Positions 39,718 to 49,514 of a stretch of DNA of 64,000 nt are shown one piece after another. Every line of letters begins with the position of its first letter. Within the stretch, counting starts at the first letter, position 1. Under the pieces are notes generated by a model that saw nothing but the letters and a program-made list of their open reading frames with translations, was not told the DNA's origin and ran no database searches. The DNA is from Candidatus Bathyarchaeia archaeon (lineage in GTDB: Archaea > Thermoproteota > Bathyarchaeia > Bathyarchaeales > Bathycorpusculaceae): contig JAVZOF010000002.1 in NCBI GenBank assembly GCA_038882475.1, positions 9,781 to 73,780 of the forward strand, written 5' to 3'. The position numbers and the translations under genes are program-made.

Positions 39718-40302
39718 ATGGCTAAGCTGGTGGTTTTGGTTACTGGGACGCCTTGCGTGGGGAAGACTTCTGTGGCGCGGTTGCTTACGTTGAGGCTTAA
39801 TGCTGTTTATGTGAACTTGACAGACCTTGCCATTAAGGAGAATCTTGTTTTTGGGAAGGACGAGGAAAGAGGCTCATTGATTATTGATGAAGCGCAGATG
39901 AAACGCGCAATTAGCAAGTTTATAGAAAGCAGCACACAAAGCGTTGTTGTAGATGGGCATTATGCAGCGAACGTTGTTCCAAAACGGTTTGTAACTCATG
40001 TTTTTGTTCTAAGGCGTAATCCTATCGAATTGCGGAGTTTTATGGAAAAGGCAGGTTTTTCAGGGAATAAATTGTGGGAGAATTTAGCTTCTGAAATCTT
40101 GGATGTTTGTCTAATTGACGCGTTAAACAATTATGGAAAAAGTAGAATCTGCGAAATCGACGTCTCTGGCAGAAGCCTTGAAGAGGTTGTAGAGGAAATT
40201 TTGGAGGTTTTAAATCGTGTTAGGAAGTGTCGTGTGGGCGTGGTTGACTGGTTGGATAAGTTGGAAAGTGAGGGACTGCTTGAAGAATTTTTGAGAATTT
40301 AA
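39718..40302 (+). CDS. Adenylate kinase of the AK6/Fap7 type
   Basis: VTGTPCVGKT P-loop, VVDGH, KLWENLASE. Confidence 0.88.
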   Translation: MAKLVVLVTGTPCVGKTSVARLLTLRLNAVYVNLTDLAIKENLVFGKDEERGSLIIDEAQMKRAISKFIESSTQSVVVDGHYAANVVPKRFVTHVFVLRRNPIELRSFMEKAGFSGNKLWENLASEILDVCLIDALNNYGKSRICEIDVSGRSLEEVVEEILEVLNRVRKCRVGVVDWLDKLESEGLLEEFLRI

Positions 40303-40315
40303 AGTTTGGGCATTT

Positions 40316-40687
40316 TTATGCTTTTAAGCTTTGCAGAATCTGCCTCTTAGTTATTAGCACTATTTTTCTTCTGTTGGCATAGGATTTCGCATGGTCGCTG
40401 AATTTTTCCCCTATTATTACCGGGTTTGGTAGTTCAACTTCTTCGGAGGCTTTGTCAAGGTTTATTATGATGTTTATGCCTATTGTTCTTTTCCAGTCCT
40501 TTATCCAAACGCCTTGGGTTAGACGCCCTTTTTGGATTATTAGGTCAAAGTTTCTTGGGACTCCCCTGTAGCCTTCGAGGCTGACGTTTTCCTCTACTTT
40601 ATAACCCTTTTTTCTAAAGTACTGTTTAACCGACTCTTTTAGGCTGGAATGTTGTGCCGAATTTGCTTCTTGGGTGCTCATCGGCAT
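40316..40687 (-). CDS. Mrr-like restriction-endonuclease-fold protein
   Basis: FRKKGYKV..FDLII..WIKDW..FSDHAKSYA..IVLI pattern typical of Mrr_cat. Confidence 0.65.
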   Translation of the reverse strand: MPMSTQEANSAQHSSLKESVKQYFRKKGYKVEENVSLEGYRGVPRNFDLIIQKGRLTQGVWIKDWKRTIGINIIINLDKASEEVELPNPVIIGEKFSDHAKSYANRRKIVLITKRQILQSLKA

Positions 40688-40745
40688 CCTCTTGCATTAA
40701 GCGTTATTTAGCTGTGTGGTGAAAAGGTTTTCGGAGTGGAGGGTG

Positions 40746-41000
40746 TTGCAAAACTACATAATTGTTGTCTGCAGTAAATGTGGAGGCTATTTATTGGCTA
40801 AAAACGGGCAGAAAACGAGAACATGTCCATACTGTGGGTTAAGAATCTTTTTAGGGAAAGCTTTAAAGGTTGCCTCGGTTGGAAACGCTGAAGAGGCGTC
40901 AATTTTGTTGCGAAGGTTGAAAGAGGAAAATGCTGCGAAAAAAGGAAAACTAGGCTTCAAGGGCAATTTTAAGAAAAGCCATAAGTCCTATTCCAAGTAG
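40746..41000 (+). CDS. Zinc-ribbon protein (DUF1922-like)
   Basis: CSKCG...QKTRTCPYCG; TTG start after a GGAGGG RBS. Confidence 0.75.
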   Translation: MQNYIIVVCSKCGGYLLAKNGQKTRTCPYCGLRIFLGKALKVASVGNAEEASILLRRLKEENAAKKGKLGFKGNFKKSHKSYSK

Positions 41001-41696
41001 GATAACAATAAGTTGGACAAGCGATTCGCTGGCATGTGTTTTTTTGTGAAGCTCGGGCATAAGGTCTGTGGCCGCTATATAAATGAAGCCACCAGCTGCA
41101 AAGGGAACTAGAAGCACTTCTATGCTTTTCAAGTAAGCCAAAAAATATGTTGTTAAAGCGCCTAAAATGGCTGTTACAGCGGATATAAAGTTGAAAGCTA
41201 ATGCTTTTTTCTTGCTTAATCCCCCGTAAACTAGTACTCCGAAATCGCCTAACTCTTGGGGAACTTCATGGAATATAACTGCTAATGTTGTGGCAAAGCC
41301 CAGTTCGAAGGAAAACATGAAAGTTGCGGCTATAACCATTCCGTCAATGAAGTTGTGGATCCCATCTCCTAAAAGGTTTAGGTATACAAACATGTGGGTT
41401 GGGCATTCTCTTTCGTGACAGTGGCGCCAATACAGAAACTTTTCTAAAGCAAAGAAGGAGACTATGCCGACAATCACATAGAAAAACACTGTTATAGGAT
41501 CGTTCTCGGGAGTTAAAACTTCCGGCAGTAAATGAAGAAATGCACCGCCGAGAAGAGTGCCGGAAGCGAAACCGACTAGAGCCATGGTGATGCGTTTTAG
41601 CAAGAATTCTCGCATTCCGGCAAAAATTATCCCAACGAAGGCTATGAAACTTACAGCTGTTACGGAGGCTAAAATTGTAATTAAATCATTCATCAA
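40950..41696 (-). CDS. ZIP-family metal transporter
   Basis: HNFIDG, HEVPQELGD, AAGGFIYIA. Confidence 0.92.
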   Translation of the reverse strand: MMNDLITILASVTAVSFIAFVGIIFAGMREFLLKRITMALVGFASGTLLGGAFLHLLPEVLTPENDPITVFFYVIVGIVSFFALEKFLYWRHCHERECPTHMFVYLNLLGDGIHNFIDGMVIAATFMFSFELGFATTLAVIFHEVPQELGDFGVLVYGGLSKKKALAFNFISAVTAILGALTTYFLAYLKSIEVLLVPFAAGGFIYIAATDLMPELHKKTHASESLVQLIVILLGIGLMAFLKIALEA

Positions 41697-41739
41697 TCTT
41701 CAATGGTTAAAAGGCTTATGTTTATTAGGGTATCGGTTG

Positions 41740-42690
41740 TTAAGCTTTTATTTTCTGAAGCATTTCGCAAGCCTTGCATAGGTTTTGCACTGTTGGTTCT
41801 CCACATTGGCTGCATTCCTTTAGAATTTCGCTGCCTGCTGTTTCTTCTACGGCTTGCCTAATTTTCTCCGCTGCCTTAAACACTGTGTATTTTATTCCAG
41901 TATGTTTTTCTTCCATTCTGTTGAGGAAGAGCCGCACATCGTTTCTTAGGGCTTCCGGAGCGTATGGGCATGGAATTCCTTGAAACTTTATTTTTCTAAC
42001 ATACGCGAATAGGGCTGTTTCTTTTTCAGGAATTTCGCAGAAGGGTTTCACCCGTCTTATAAGCTTTGGATGGGTTTCGTCGGTAACCGGTTTTTCTCTT
42101 GTTATCCGCAGAACATTGCCATGGAGCATGTTGAGGAGAACTGTCTGGGCTTCGTCGTCTAATGTATGGGCGGTTGCAAGTTTATCCGCATCGACTTTCC
42201 GTGCAATAATGTTTAATGCTTTTCGCCTTAAGACGCCACAATATGCGCATGGTGTCAACTCGTTTTCTCCGCTTCTTTTAAGCATAACAATCTCGTCAAG
42301 GGTGAAGCCATAAAGCTCTCTGAAGGATATCACATGATGCTCCACGCCCAGTTTTTTACAGTTCTCTCCAGCAATTTTTAGGGCTTCATCTCTATATCCG
42401 GCGATTCCCTCGTCCACAGAAACCGCCACAAGCGAGGCTTTTGGATAATCCCGTTCTATTTTAGCTAAAATGTGGAGTAGGCTAACGCTGTCTTTTCCGC
42501 CAGAAACAGCAACGGCTATTCGGTCGTCAAACTCAAGCATTTTGTATTTGGCGATGGTGGCTCTAACCTTGTTTTCCACTGATTCCACGAAGCATTTCTT
42601 GCATAATTTTTCGCCAGAGTAAGGCCTGAAAAAGAAAGCTTCTCTACGCTTGCAAAGAGTACAAACAACGTTGCTCTTTAAAGTTTTCAC
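41740..42690 (-). CDS. tRNA 2-thiolation protein (Ncs6/TtuA, TIGR00269 family)
   Basis: PP-loop SGGKDS, CAYC, HTLDDE, CPY, N- and C-terminal Zn fingers. Confidence 0.9.
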   Translation of the reverse strand: MKTLKSNVVCTLCKRREAFFFRPYSGEKLCKKCFVESVENKVRATIAKYKMLEFDDRIAVAVSGGKDSVSLLHILAKIERDYPKASLVAVSVDEGIAGYRDEALKIAGENCKKLGVEHHVISFRELYGFTLDEIVMLKRSGENELTPCAYCGVLRRKALNIIARKVDADKLATAHTLDDEAQTVLLNMLHGNVLRITREKPVTDETHPKLIRRVKPFCEIPEKETALFAYVRKIKFQGIPCPYAPEALRNDVRLFLNRMEEKHTGIKYTVFKAAEKIRQAVEETAGSEILKECSQCGEPTVQNLCKACEMLQKIKA

Positions 42691-42822
42691 TTTAACCAGC
42701 CTTCCGAGACGGTTATTTAGCCTCTAAAGAAATGGTTTGCACTGTAGAATTTAATGCTTCTTAAGATTTTTAAACATGCGAGAAGTCTTCAATACTGAGT
42801 AGCTTGTCAAAAGTGGAATGTA

Positions 42823-43530
42823 ATGGCTAAGAAACCATTAAAGCGTTTAGAGTTTAAGGAAATCGTTTACAACGAAGAACGTTGGATGCTGCTTAAGAAG
42901 TTAAGAGTTAAGGCAATAGAGCTAATGGAAGCATTGGAAAAATTTAGCATACATGCCATTACTCATGGAAGCATTGCAAGAGGAGACGTGACTGAAAAAA
43001 GCGACGTCGACGTCTTCATACCTTATCAACCATCATCATTTCTTGTTGAGACAGCTCTTGAAAGAGCAGGCATACCGATAAATAGGCAGTTAATTGTGCA
43101 AGCCACACCCACCTATGCCATGAAAGCCTACATAGAAATTGATGAAAAAACAAGCGTTTCATTCCCATTAATGAAAATGCGCAAAACAGAAAGGGAATTC
43201 TACAAGTTCGGCGGAGAAGTAACCCTCAAAGATTTAAAAGCTGGCTTGCGGGTTCCAGGTGTAGACAAACGCCTAATGCTCATCGAACCAGCTGAGAAAG
43301 GGCATAAAGAAAGCGCTATTGTCGGATGCGAGGATCAAGTTGCTAAAATGCTTAAAATATCTGTGGAAACTGTTTTGGAGAGGGTTCATGCCCTTTTGAG
43401 AAGAGATGAAGTTGGTAGAACAGGAGTTTTCATTGAAAGGGAATTGGCGGAAGACGAAACTTTTGAATTGGCTTTGAAAAGGCTTGCAGATGAGAATCCA
43501 GCAGTGCGTAGAAGATTGGAAATGGTTTAA
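42823..43530 (+). CDS. Archaeal nucleotidyltransferase-domain protein
   Basis: HGSIARGDV..SDVD; RVPGVDKRL; RRDEVGRTG. Confidence 0.82.
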   Translation: MAKKPLKRLEFKEIVYNEERWMLLKKLRVKAIELMEALEKFSIHAITHGSIARGDVTEKSDVDVFIPYQPSSFLVETALERAGIPINRQLIVQATPTYAMKAYIEIDEKTSVSFPLMKMRKTEREFYKFGGEVTLKDLKAGLRVPGVDKRLMLIEPAEKGHKESAIVGCEDQVAKMLKISVETVLERVHALLRRDEVGRTGVFIERELAEDETFELALKRLADENPAVRRRLEMV

Positions 43531-44612
43531 TGGCTGGTAGGAAGCGAAAACCTTAGAAGGGCAGCTATTCCGCTTAATGCAGTAAGCTTTGCTCCCGCCT
43601 CGTGTTCTGTGCTTACAACCATGATTTTTCCACCTTTTTGCTCCACATCTTTCATCAACCGCTCTAGAGACAAACGTTCTTCATTTTTAGCTTCACGCAA
43701 CATGGTGTCAGCTAAAATAAGCGTTTCAACAGCTCCAAAATGGGCGGCTCTGCGCACTTCTTCCATTCCGTAGGTGACGTTTCGTTCGCCTTTACCAAGC
43801 CTCTTGAGAACTTCTTCAACGATCTCGGTTTCTTCCATAACTCGTAAATGTTTCATGGTTTTTGTGAGAACGCCAGAACGTATGGCTTCGTAGATTCCGG
43901 CAACACCACTGTTGTTTACGCTTTTAACATCCACAACAGATTTGACTATTTCTGGCGCCTCTTTTTCCAAAAACTTTGCGAAGTCGTTTTTAATGAAACC
44001 CACGCCAATAATCGCTATTGGACTACGGGTTTCGCTCCATATTTGGCGTAAACTGTTTAAAGCTTTTTGATAAAACTCTTTAACGGCTGTGTTTCGCTTT
44101 TCCGCTTCAAGTTTTCCCGGAAGCCTTGTCTTCTCTTCAACTCTTAATTCAACGCCGTACTGAGTTGTTGTTGCGATGGCGTAGCCTTCATCGTCTACTG
44201 CAACTATTATTATTGGTTTTTCAGAGGCTTTTTTCGCTGTTTCTAGCCTCTCAAGATGATGATGTGCCCATTCCTCTTTCACTATTGTCAGCGGAGAGTT
44301 TAACGCTATGTTTAGCGTGTGATGTGCGCCAGTTGGAATGATTTCTGGCGCGTGACATATTATTCCATGAACTCTAAGTCTTCCAAGAAGCTTATCCCAA
44401 GCAACTTTTTCAACTTTAACGCCCATAAAAACTGAAACGCGTTCTCCACATTTAGCCCTAGCATACTTCTCGTCCTGCTTTATCTCCCGTGATGTGTAAG
44501 CGTAAACTTCATCACCTTTATAGATGATATTGTAGAGATGCCACAGATCATCAAATGTTTCAGGAACTACCTTAACGAAACCCTTTTTTAAGTTCATCTC
44601 TAAAATCTTCAA
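43527..44612 (-). CDS. pelA: Ribosome rescue factor pelota
   Basis: DDLWHL, RLRVHG, HHTL, HEAG..L..LSGIAALLRF. Confidence 0.95.
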   Translation of the reverse strand: MKILEMNLKKGFVKVVPETFDDLWHLYNIIYKGDEVYAYTSREIKQDEKYARAKCGERVSVFMGVKVEKVAWDKLLGRLRVHGIICHAPEIIPTGAHHTLNIALNSPLTIVKEEWAHHHLERLETAKKASEKPIIIVAVDDEGYAIATTTQYGVELRVEEKTRLPGKLEAEKRNTAVKEFYQKALNSLRQIWSETRSPIAIIGVGFIKNDFAKFLEKEAPEIVKSVVDVKSVNNSGVAGIYEAIRSGVLTKTMKHLRVMEETEIVEEVLKRLGKGERNVTYGMEEVRRAAHFGAVETLILADTMLREAKNEERLSLERLMKDVEQKGGKIMVVSTEHEAGAKLTALSGIAALLRFSLPTSH

Positions 44613-44693
44613 GACCTTTTGCCTCTTTTACTCTTTTCAAAGCTTTAAGCGGAGATACATCAGTTTTAAAATTAAGCGCATTAGAATTTTAGC

Positions 44694-45128
44694 TTAGTAT
44701 GTGCGGTGGTGGGGTCTCACCAGTTCCTCCAATAGGCTTAGCATTTCCGGAACCTTCGTTACAATGTCGGTAAATGTGATGATGCCAGCAAGTTCCTCGT
44801 TGTTCCGCGTGACAAGAAGCTTTTTGACGCCTTTTTTGGCCATAAGCTTAGCCGCCTCATTCACGCTTGCGTTTTCATCAATTGTTAAAACGGGGCTTGT
44901 CATAACATGTCTAGCCGTCAAGGTTTCAGGAGCCAGACATGGCTCAACAACTCTTTTTAAAATGTCCCTTTCAGTGATTATCCCAACTGGTCTACCGCCT
45001 TGGACAACAATTATAGAGCCTATATCAAACTTGTTCATAGTTGCGACAACCTCCTTGACGCTTGAGTCGGGTCTCAAAACTCTAACATTTTTTGTCATAA
45101 CATCTCTAACAAGAACTATTCCAGCCAT
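44694..45128 (-). CDS. CBS domain protein
   Basis: VRDVM, GIITERDI, GIITFTDI. Confidence 0.9.
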   Translation of the reverse strand: MAGIVLVRDVMTKNVRVLRPDSSVKEVVATMNKFDIGSIIVVQGGRPVGIITERDILKRVVEPCLAPETLTARHVMTSPVLTIDENASVNEAAKLMAKKGVKKLLVTRNNEELAGIITFTDIVTKVPEMLSLLEELVRPHHRTY

Positions 45129-45220
45129 TTAACAACCTCCAACAAAACTAGAGAAGACACCAAACCTATTAAAACCTTCCAGCAAAACCCTTAATAGAAG
45201 ACTTGCAACGTTTACATTTT

Positions 45221-45295
45221 GGGCCGGTAGATCAGCCTGGTATGATCGCAGCGTTGGCATCGCTGAGGTCGCGGGTTCAAATCCCGCCCGGTCCA
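45221..45295 (+). tRNA. tRNA-Ala(GGC), no intron, CCA not encoded
   Basis: Cloverleaf GGGCCGG/CCGGTCC with G3:U70; anticodon arm CAGCG-TTGGCAT-CGCTG; T-loop TTCAAAT. Confidence 0.96.
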
Positions 45296-45609
45296 TTTGA
45301 CTTGGCTAGAAAGTTTGGCTAGTATAAGTAACTTAAGAGAATCTCGCACAAACATCTTATTTGATTTTCATTTATTCCTTGGTGGTTTCTATTGTTATTC
45401 CCTTTTCAAAGCCTTTGCTTGAAGGGTTAAAGGGATCTCCATGCCAGTAAGAAATTGATTGGAACTGTTGAAGGATTTTATTAGGCTGTACACTGTAGCT
45501 ACTGTTAAGCAACATCCGATTAACAGTGGAATTATTAGGATAAATTTACGCTTCAATAGCCAGCATCTTAGCAAGATATGGAAATCAAAAATAAATTTCT
45601 CTTGCCAGC

Positions 45610-46758
45610 CTATTTACCTTTCGCCTGGGGTATTGTGCTGTTCCAAAGGTAAATTGTAGAGTATTTTTTATTGTAGTTGAATTTTGGGTCGTCGTAGATT
45701 ATGTCAAGTTTTAAGCCGTATATTTCGATGAGTTTGTTCATATTCTCCCATATTGTTTGGGATGAATCGTCTGGAGGCCATAATCCCCATATCTTGTCAT
45801 CTGGGCTCCGCATTCCCCAACCGTAGTCTTTTGGGAGCACGTAAGCCACTTGTCCATCTACTCTTTCTCCTAATGTTTTTGTGGAGTGTTGTAATAGGTT
45901 CCAAAATTCTTTCATAGCATTGAAATGTTCCTCTGTTAGTATGCCATATTCATTTAGTTTTGGATAGTTGAAGACAATTATGTATTTGGCTCCAGCCCTA
46001 TAAGCGGTTACCAGATCCTCAAATAGGCGGGTTCCATTTTCAAGATATGGCGGATGGGTATAGGTCCATGTTATTATCACGCCCCATTCTTTGTTTTGCA
46101 CTTTTGCCGCGCCTCTGCCTAAAGCTATGTGCTGGATTCGGCTGTGGTTCCATCCGAACTCGACGAAGACGCAGTCGTATCCCGCTAAATAGTCGAACCA
46201 GTAAAGGGCGTAATCCGACGTGAAAACTGGAATATTTCTGATTTTTAAGTCAATCATGCTTCCGCTGGAATTAATATCTTCAACATACCAGTTTGCTGCC
46301 TCACTATGATTGGAAAAGTCTTCTACCGACGCGCCGCCTCTCCACACTCCCTTGTCAATCTGATTTCCACCAGGCTCATCATAAAAGTAGACTCCCAGAA
46401 AATATTCACCAAACCTTTCTTTGGCTGTGTCAAGCCATGTTTGGTGCCATGGATATACTTGACGAGAAATAAAACTGAAAAACACTATAAAGTGTAGTTT
46501 GGCGTTTACTGCGTATTCGCAGATTTCATTAAGAGCGGTTTCGTTTGTGCTTATATCCCAAGAGTTTATGAGGAAAAAGTTTGTATAGTCTTTCACTTTG
46601 TCTATGAGCAGTTTTGCTTCGCTTGCTGTGTTCAAGCCAAAAGAAACTCCAAAGAACAATTCCTTTTCATCATCAAAGTAGTAAACGTAAATTATAGGCA
46701 CAGAAATAGCGGAAACAACTAATAAGACTAAGAGTATGAGTAAACGCGCTTTCTTCAT
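45610..46758 (-). CDS. Secreted or membrane-anchored protein, possible glycoside-hydrolase-like barrel
   Basis: N-terminal signal/TM; aromatic-rich; GVYFYDEPGG; several N-glycosylation sequons. Confidence 0.7.
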   Translation of the reverse strand: MKKARLLILLVLLVVSAISVPIIYVYYFDDEKELFFGVSFGLNTASEAKLLIDKVKDYTNFFLINSWDISTNETALNEICEYAVNAKLHFIVFFSFISRQVYPWHQTWLDTAKERFGEYFLGVYFYDEPGGNQIDKGVWRGGASVEDFSNHSEAANWYVEDINSSGSMIDLKIRNIPVFTSDYALYWFDYLAGYDCVFVEFGWNHSRIQHIALGRGAAKVQNKEWGVIITWTYTHPPYLENGTRLFEDLVTAYRAGAKYIIVFNYPKLNEYGILTEEHFNAMKEFWNLLQHSTKTLGERVDGQVAYVLPKDYGWGMRSPDDKIWGLWPPDDSSQTIWENMNKLIEIYGLKLDIIYDDPKFNYNKKYSTIYLWNSTIPQAKGK

Positions 46759-46995
46759 AGATTCTCGTAGATATTCTGCAAATTCAGCATAAATATATGT
46801 TTTGAAATGGTAAGGATGTGGAGCGTAACTTCTAGGCAGTGTTATGTTCCAATTTCGAATCTGGTTTGGAAATATTATAAAAATTAGACTCTAAATTGTA
46901 AAATTTACAAATATTGATTCTGGTTTCACATAATTTAAATGCAAATCACAGATTCATACAGTAAATCAGCAGCGTCTAAAAGGATGTTTACGGAT

Positions 46996-47769
46996 ATGGC
47001 AAAAACTGATAACAGCAAAAAAGAAGCCTCTGAAACGCCAGAGCCGAAAAATGAAGAAAAACCAGAAAAGCAGGAAATTGAAAAGCTGAAGTTTAACGTT
47101 GAAAAGCTTTCCGAAGAGCTGAACACCGCCGTCGCTGAGCTTAAAAGATCCATAATCGATATTCGGTCAGCAGTAAGCGAAATTGAAAATCCCTTCAACC
47201 TTCTGCGGGTCATCTCAAGCGAAAAGGACTTGAAAAAGCTAAACAGCGAAAGGCTTCCTTCAGGAGCTAAGTCACTGGTTTTAGGGAAAACCGAAGAAAA
47301 GCCAGAGGAGAAAGTAGAGGAAAGCATTCCAAAACCGCCAATGGAGACGATTGCACTGCCGCAGAAAGAAGAAGCCCTAGAAACTAAAGAAGCCAAGGTA
47401 AAACCAGCAGAAGAAATAAGGGAAGAGCCTCGCTTAAAGGCTGAGCTGCCTCCATCTGGGGCTGTGTACCTAGACTGGGTTTGGTCTCTCCTTGATTTGG
47501 GTTTCACTCCAGAAGACATAAAGCAGATTTCACAATCCTATGAACGCTTGGGTTTTATGCCGGAAGGTGTCAACGAACAAGTTTATTCTTTGGCTGTGGC
47601 GGCTGAAAAAGCTAAGTCGAAGGGTCTTACAAAGAGCAAACTGCTGCTGAACATGTATAAGGCTTCTGTGATTTCAGGCGTACGAATGGGCGTGGAAGAT
47701 GTGAAGCGGCTTATCGCCATAGCTGAAGGAAGAGTTGCAAAGGCTAGAATGGCGAAAAGGGCTGTGTAA
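46996..47769 (+). CDS. Archaellum accessory protein (ArlC/D/E-like)
   Basis: Coiled coil ending SEIENPF, charged Pro/Glu linker, C-terminal LDWVWSLL helix; stop overlaps the arlG start. Confidence 0.6.
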   Translation: MAKTDNSKKEASETPEPKNEEKPEKQEIEKLKFNVEKLSEELNTAVAELKRSIIDIRSAVSEIENPFNLLRVISSEKDLKKLNSERLPSGAKSLVLGKTEEKPEEKVEESIPKPPMETIALPQKEEALETKEAKVKPAEEIREEPRLKAELPPSGAVYLDWVWSLLDLGFTPEDIKQISQSYERLGFMPEGVNEQVYSLAVAAEKAKSKGLTKSKLLLNMYKASVISGVRMGVEDVKRLIAIAEGRVAKARMAKRAV

Positions 47770-48269
47770 TGGGCTTTTCTTTAACTTTATCCCACATAAT
47801 AATGGTTATAGCTTCTGTATGCCTAGCAAGCGCTTTTTCTGTTTACGCATTTTACACTGGAAACCTTGTTCAAAACGAATTGGCGCAGAATGTTAATGAT
47901 TATAAAAGAATTGTTAGTTTGCAGTTGGAGATAGTTTATGCCACCATAAACAGCACCACAAGCCCACCCCATTTTGTCCTATACGCCAAAAACGTTGGAT
48001 ACCTACCGCTCTCTGATGTCACTTTCCTAGATGTTTATGTGGGAGAATATGGAAAAGCTCAATTGTTTACCTATAACGCAACAGCAAGTGCTGGAAGTGG
48101 ACAGTTCAGCCTATCAGACGCGGATGGAAATAATATTTGGGAACCGCGGGAAACAGCAGTTATAAGGGCTTATCCATCTAACAACGTGGAAGGAGTGATC
48201 TTCGAAGCCAAAATAGTTCCTTCAAAGGGGATAGGCAGCAGCTACCTCTTTCCAGCCCCTCCATCTTGA
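47769..48269 (+). CDS. arlG: Archaellum stator protein ArlG (FlaG)
   Basis: N-terminal TM with HIIMVIAS, YAKNVG, WEPRET; precedes arlF. Confidence 0.78.
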   Translation: MGFSLTLSHIIMVIASVCLASAFSVYAFYTGNLVQNELAQNVNDYKRIVSLQLEIVYATINSTTSPPHFVLYAKNVGYLPLSDVTFLDVYVGEYGKAQLFTYNATASAGSGQFSLSDADGNNIWEPRETAVIRAYPSNNVEGVIFEAKIVPSKGIGSSYLFPAPPS

Positions 48270-48278
48270 GGTGGTGAA

Positions 48279-48806
48279 ATGGGTTTTTCAGTAACGATAA
48301 CTTCATCCATCATTCTAATAGTTTTGCTCGCGCTATCCTCCACATTTTTAATAACAGTTTTCCAAGGTTTGAAAGAGATATTATACATCGCTGACGAGTA
48401 TGTTAACCGCGGAAGAGAGAAAGTCGACGTAGCGTTACAGTTAGAAGTGCACTCCATTAATGCCACCTCATGCAACATAACCATAAAAAACATAGGGTCA
48501 AAAGTTGTTTTCTTTGGGAACCAGTCGGGGTACAAGTGGAACACCATAATTCTCTCCTATGGAAACAATTCTTTTTGGGCTTCTTACCCCATCGAAGATT
48601 ATGAAGTTTTAGAGGTTAGGGTTTCAGGGACAAACTATGTTTTCACGCCGGATAACCACAGCTATATTGATGCTGGAGAAGAAGCTCAAGTCTTTTTCAG
48701 TATTCCAAGCGGTGCCCCAGAGATCCCCCTAAACGGCTTGGTTTCCATCGTTTTTGTTACGCATTACGGGGTTACTGCAAAAGGGGAGGCTGTTAGAACG
48801 CAATGA
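48279..48806 (+). CDS. arlF: Archaellum stator protein ArlF (FlaF)
   Basis: MGFSV N-terminal TM, IKNIGS, VTHYG. Confidence 0.8.
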   Translation: MGFSVTITSSIILIVLLALSSTFLITVFQGLKEILYIADEYVNRGREKVDVALQLEVHSINATSCNITIKNIGSKVVFFGNQSGYKWNTIILSYGNNSFWASYPIEDYEVLEVRVSGTNYVFTPDNHSYIDAGEEAQVFFSIPSGAPEIPLNGLVSIVFVTHYGVTAKGEAVRTQ

Positions 48807-49504
48807 AAGTTATAAGTTTGGGTGTCCCAGAACTTGACAGAGACCTCGGCGGCGGTCTTCCACATCCAAGCTTAATATCTGTTGAGGGAGATTACGGTTC
48901 TGGAAAAACCATTTTCGTTCAACAAATAGCATCCGCCATGCTCAATATGGGGTTAAAGGTTTGCGTTATAACAAGCGAGGCAACAGTTAAAGAGTATTTG
49001 TCCATGATGAGGTCTGTGAAACTTGACGCGGACGACTACTATTTGTCTGGACAACTGAACATATACCCATTGCATATTGAGGGGGGAAGATGGAACGATT
49101 TCTTAAGCTCCTTCTTTCTAAAAGTAACCTCCAACTTTCTCGAATTAAAAAAGCGGTTTTACGACGCCGTAATAATTGACAGTTTAAGCGTTCTAACCGT
49201 AAACACTCCACGGTCAGAATTCCTCACTTTTGTCACAAGAATGAAAAATCTAGTGTCCGACGAAAGAACAGTTGTCACCACCTTCCACCCAGAATTTCTT
49301 TCAGAAGACACAATTATGAAACTAAGGGCAAGCTCAGACGTTTACCTTGTTTTAAAAAACGCCAGCATTTCAGGACTTGATGTAAAAGTACTCAGAGTTG
49401 TCAAGCTCTGGGGCGTCAGCGGCGAAAGAAAAAGCGCCATAACTCTAGAAATCAACCCTCAAATCGGCTTAAGAGTCATGCCCCTAAGCGGCGTGAAGAT
49501 TTAG
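48803..49504 (+). CDS. arlH: Archaellum KaiC-like ATPase ArlH (FlaH)
   Basis: LDRDLGGGLP, GDYGSGKT, IIDSLS. Confidence 0.9.
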   Translation: MKVISLGVPELDRDLGGGLPHPSLISVEGDYGSGKTIFVQQIASAMLNMGLKVCVITSEATVKEYLSMMRSVKLDADDYYLSGQLNIYPLHIEGGRWNDFLSSFFLKVTSNFLELKKRFYDAVIIDSLSVLTVNTPRSEFLTFVTRMKNLVSDERTVVTTFHPEFLSEDTIMKLRASSDVYLVLKNASISGLDVKVLRVVKLWGVSGERKSAITLEINPQIGLRVMPLSGVKI

Positions 49505-49514
49505 GAGGCATCCC

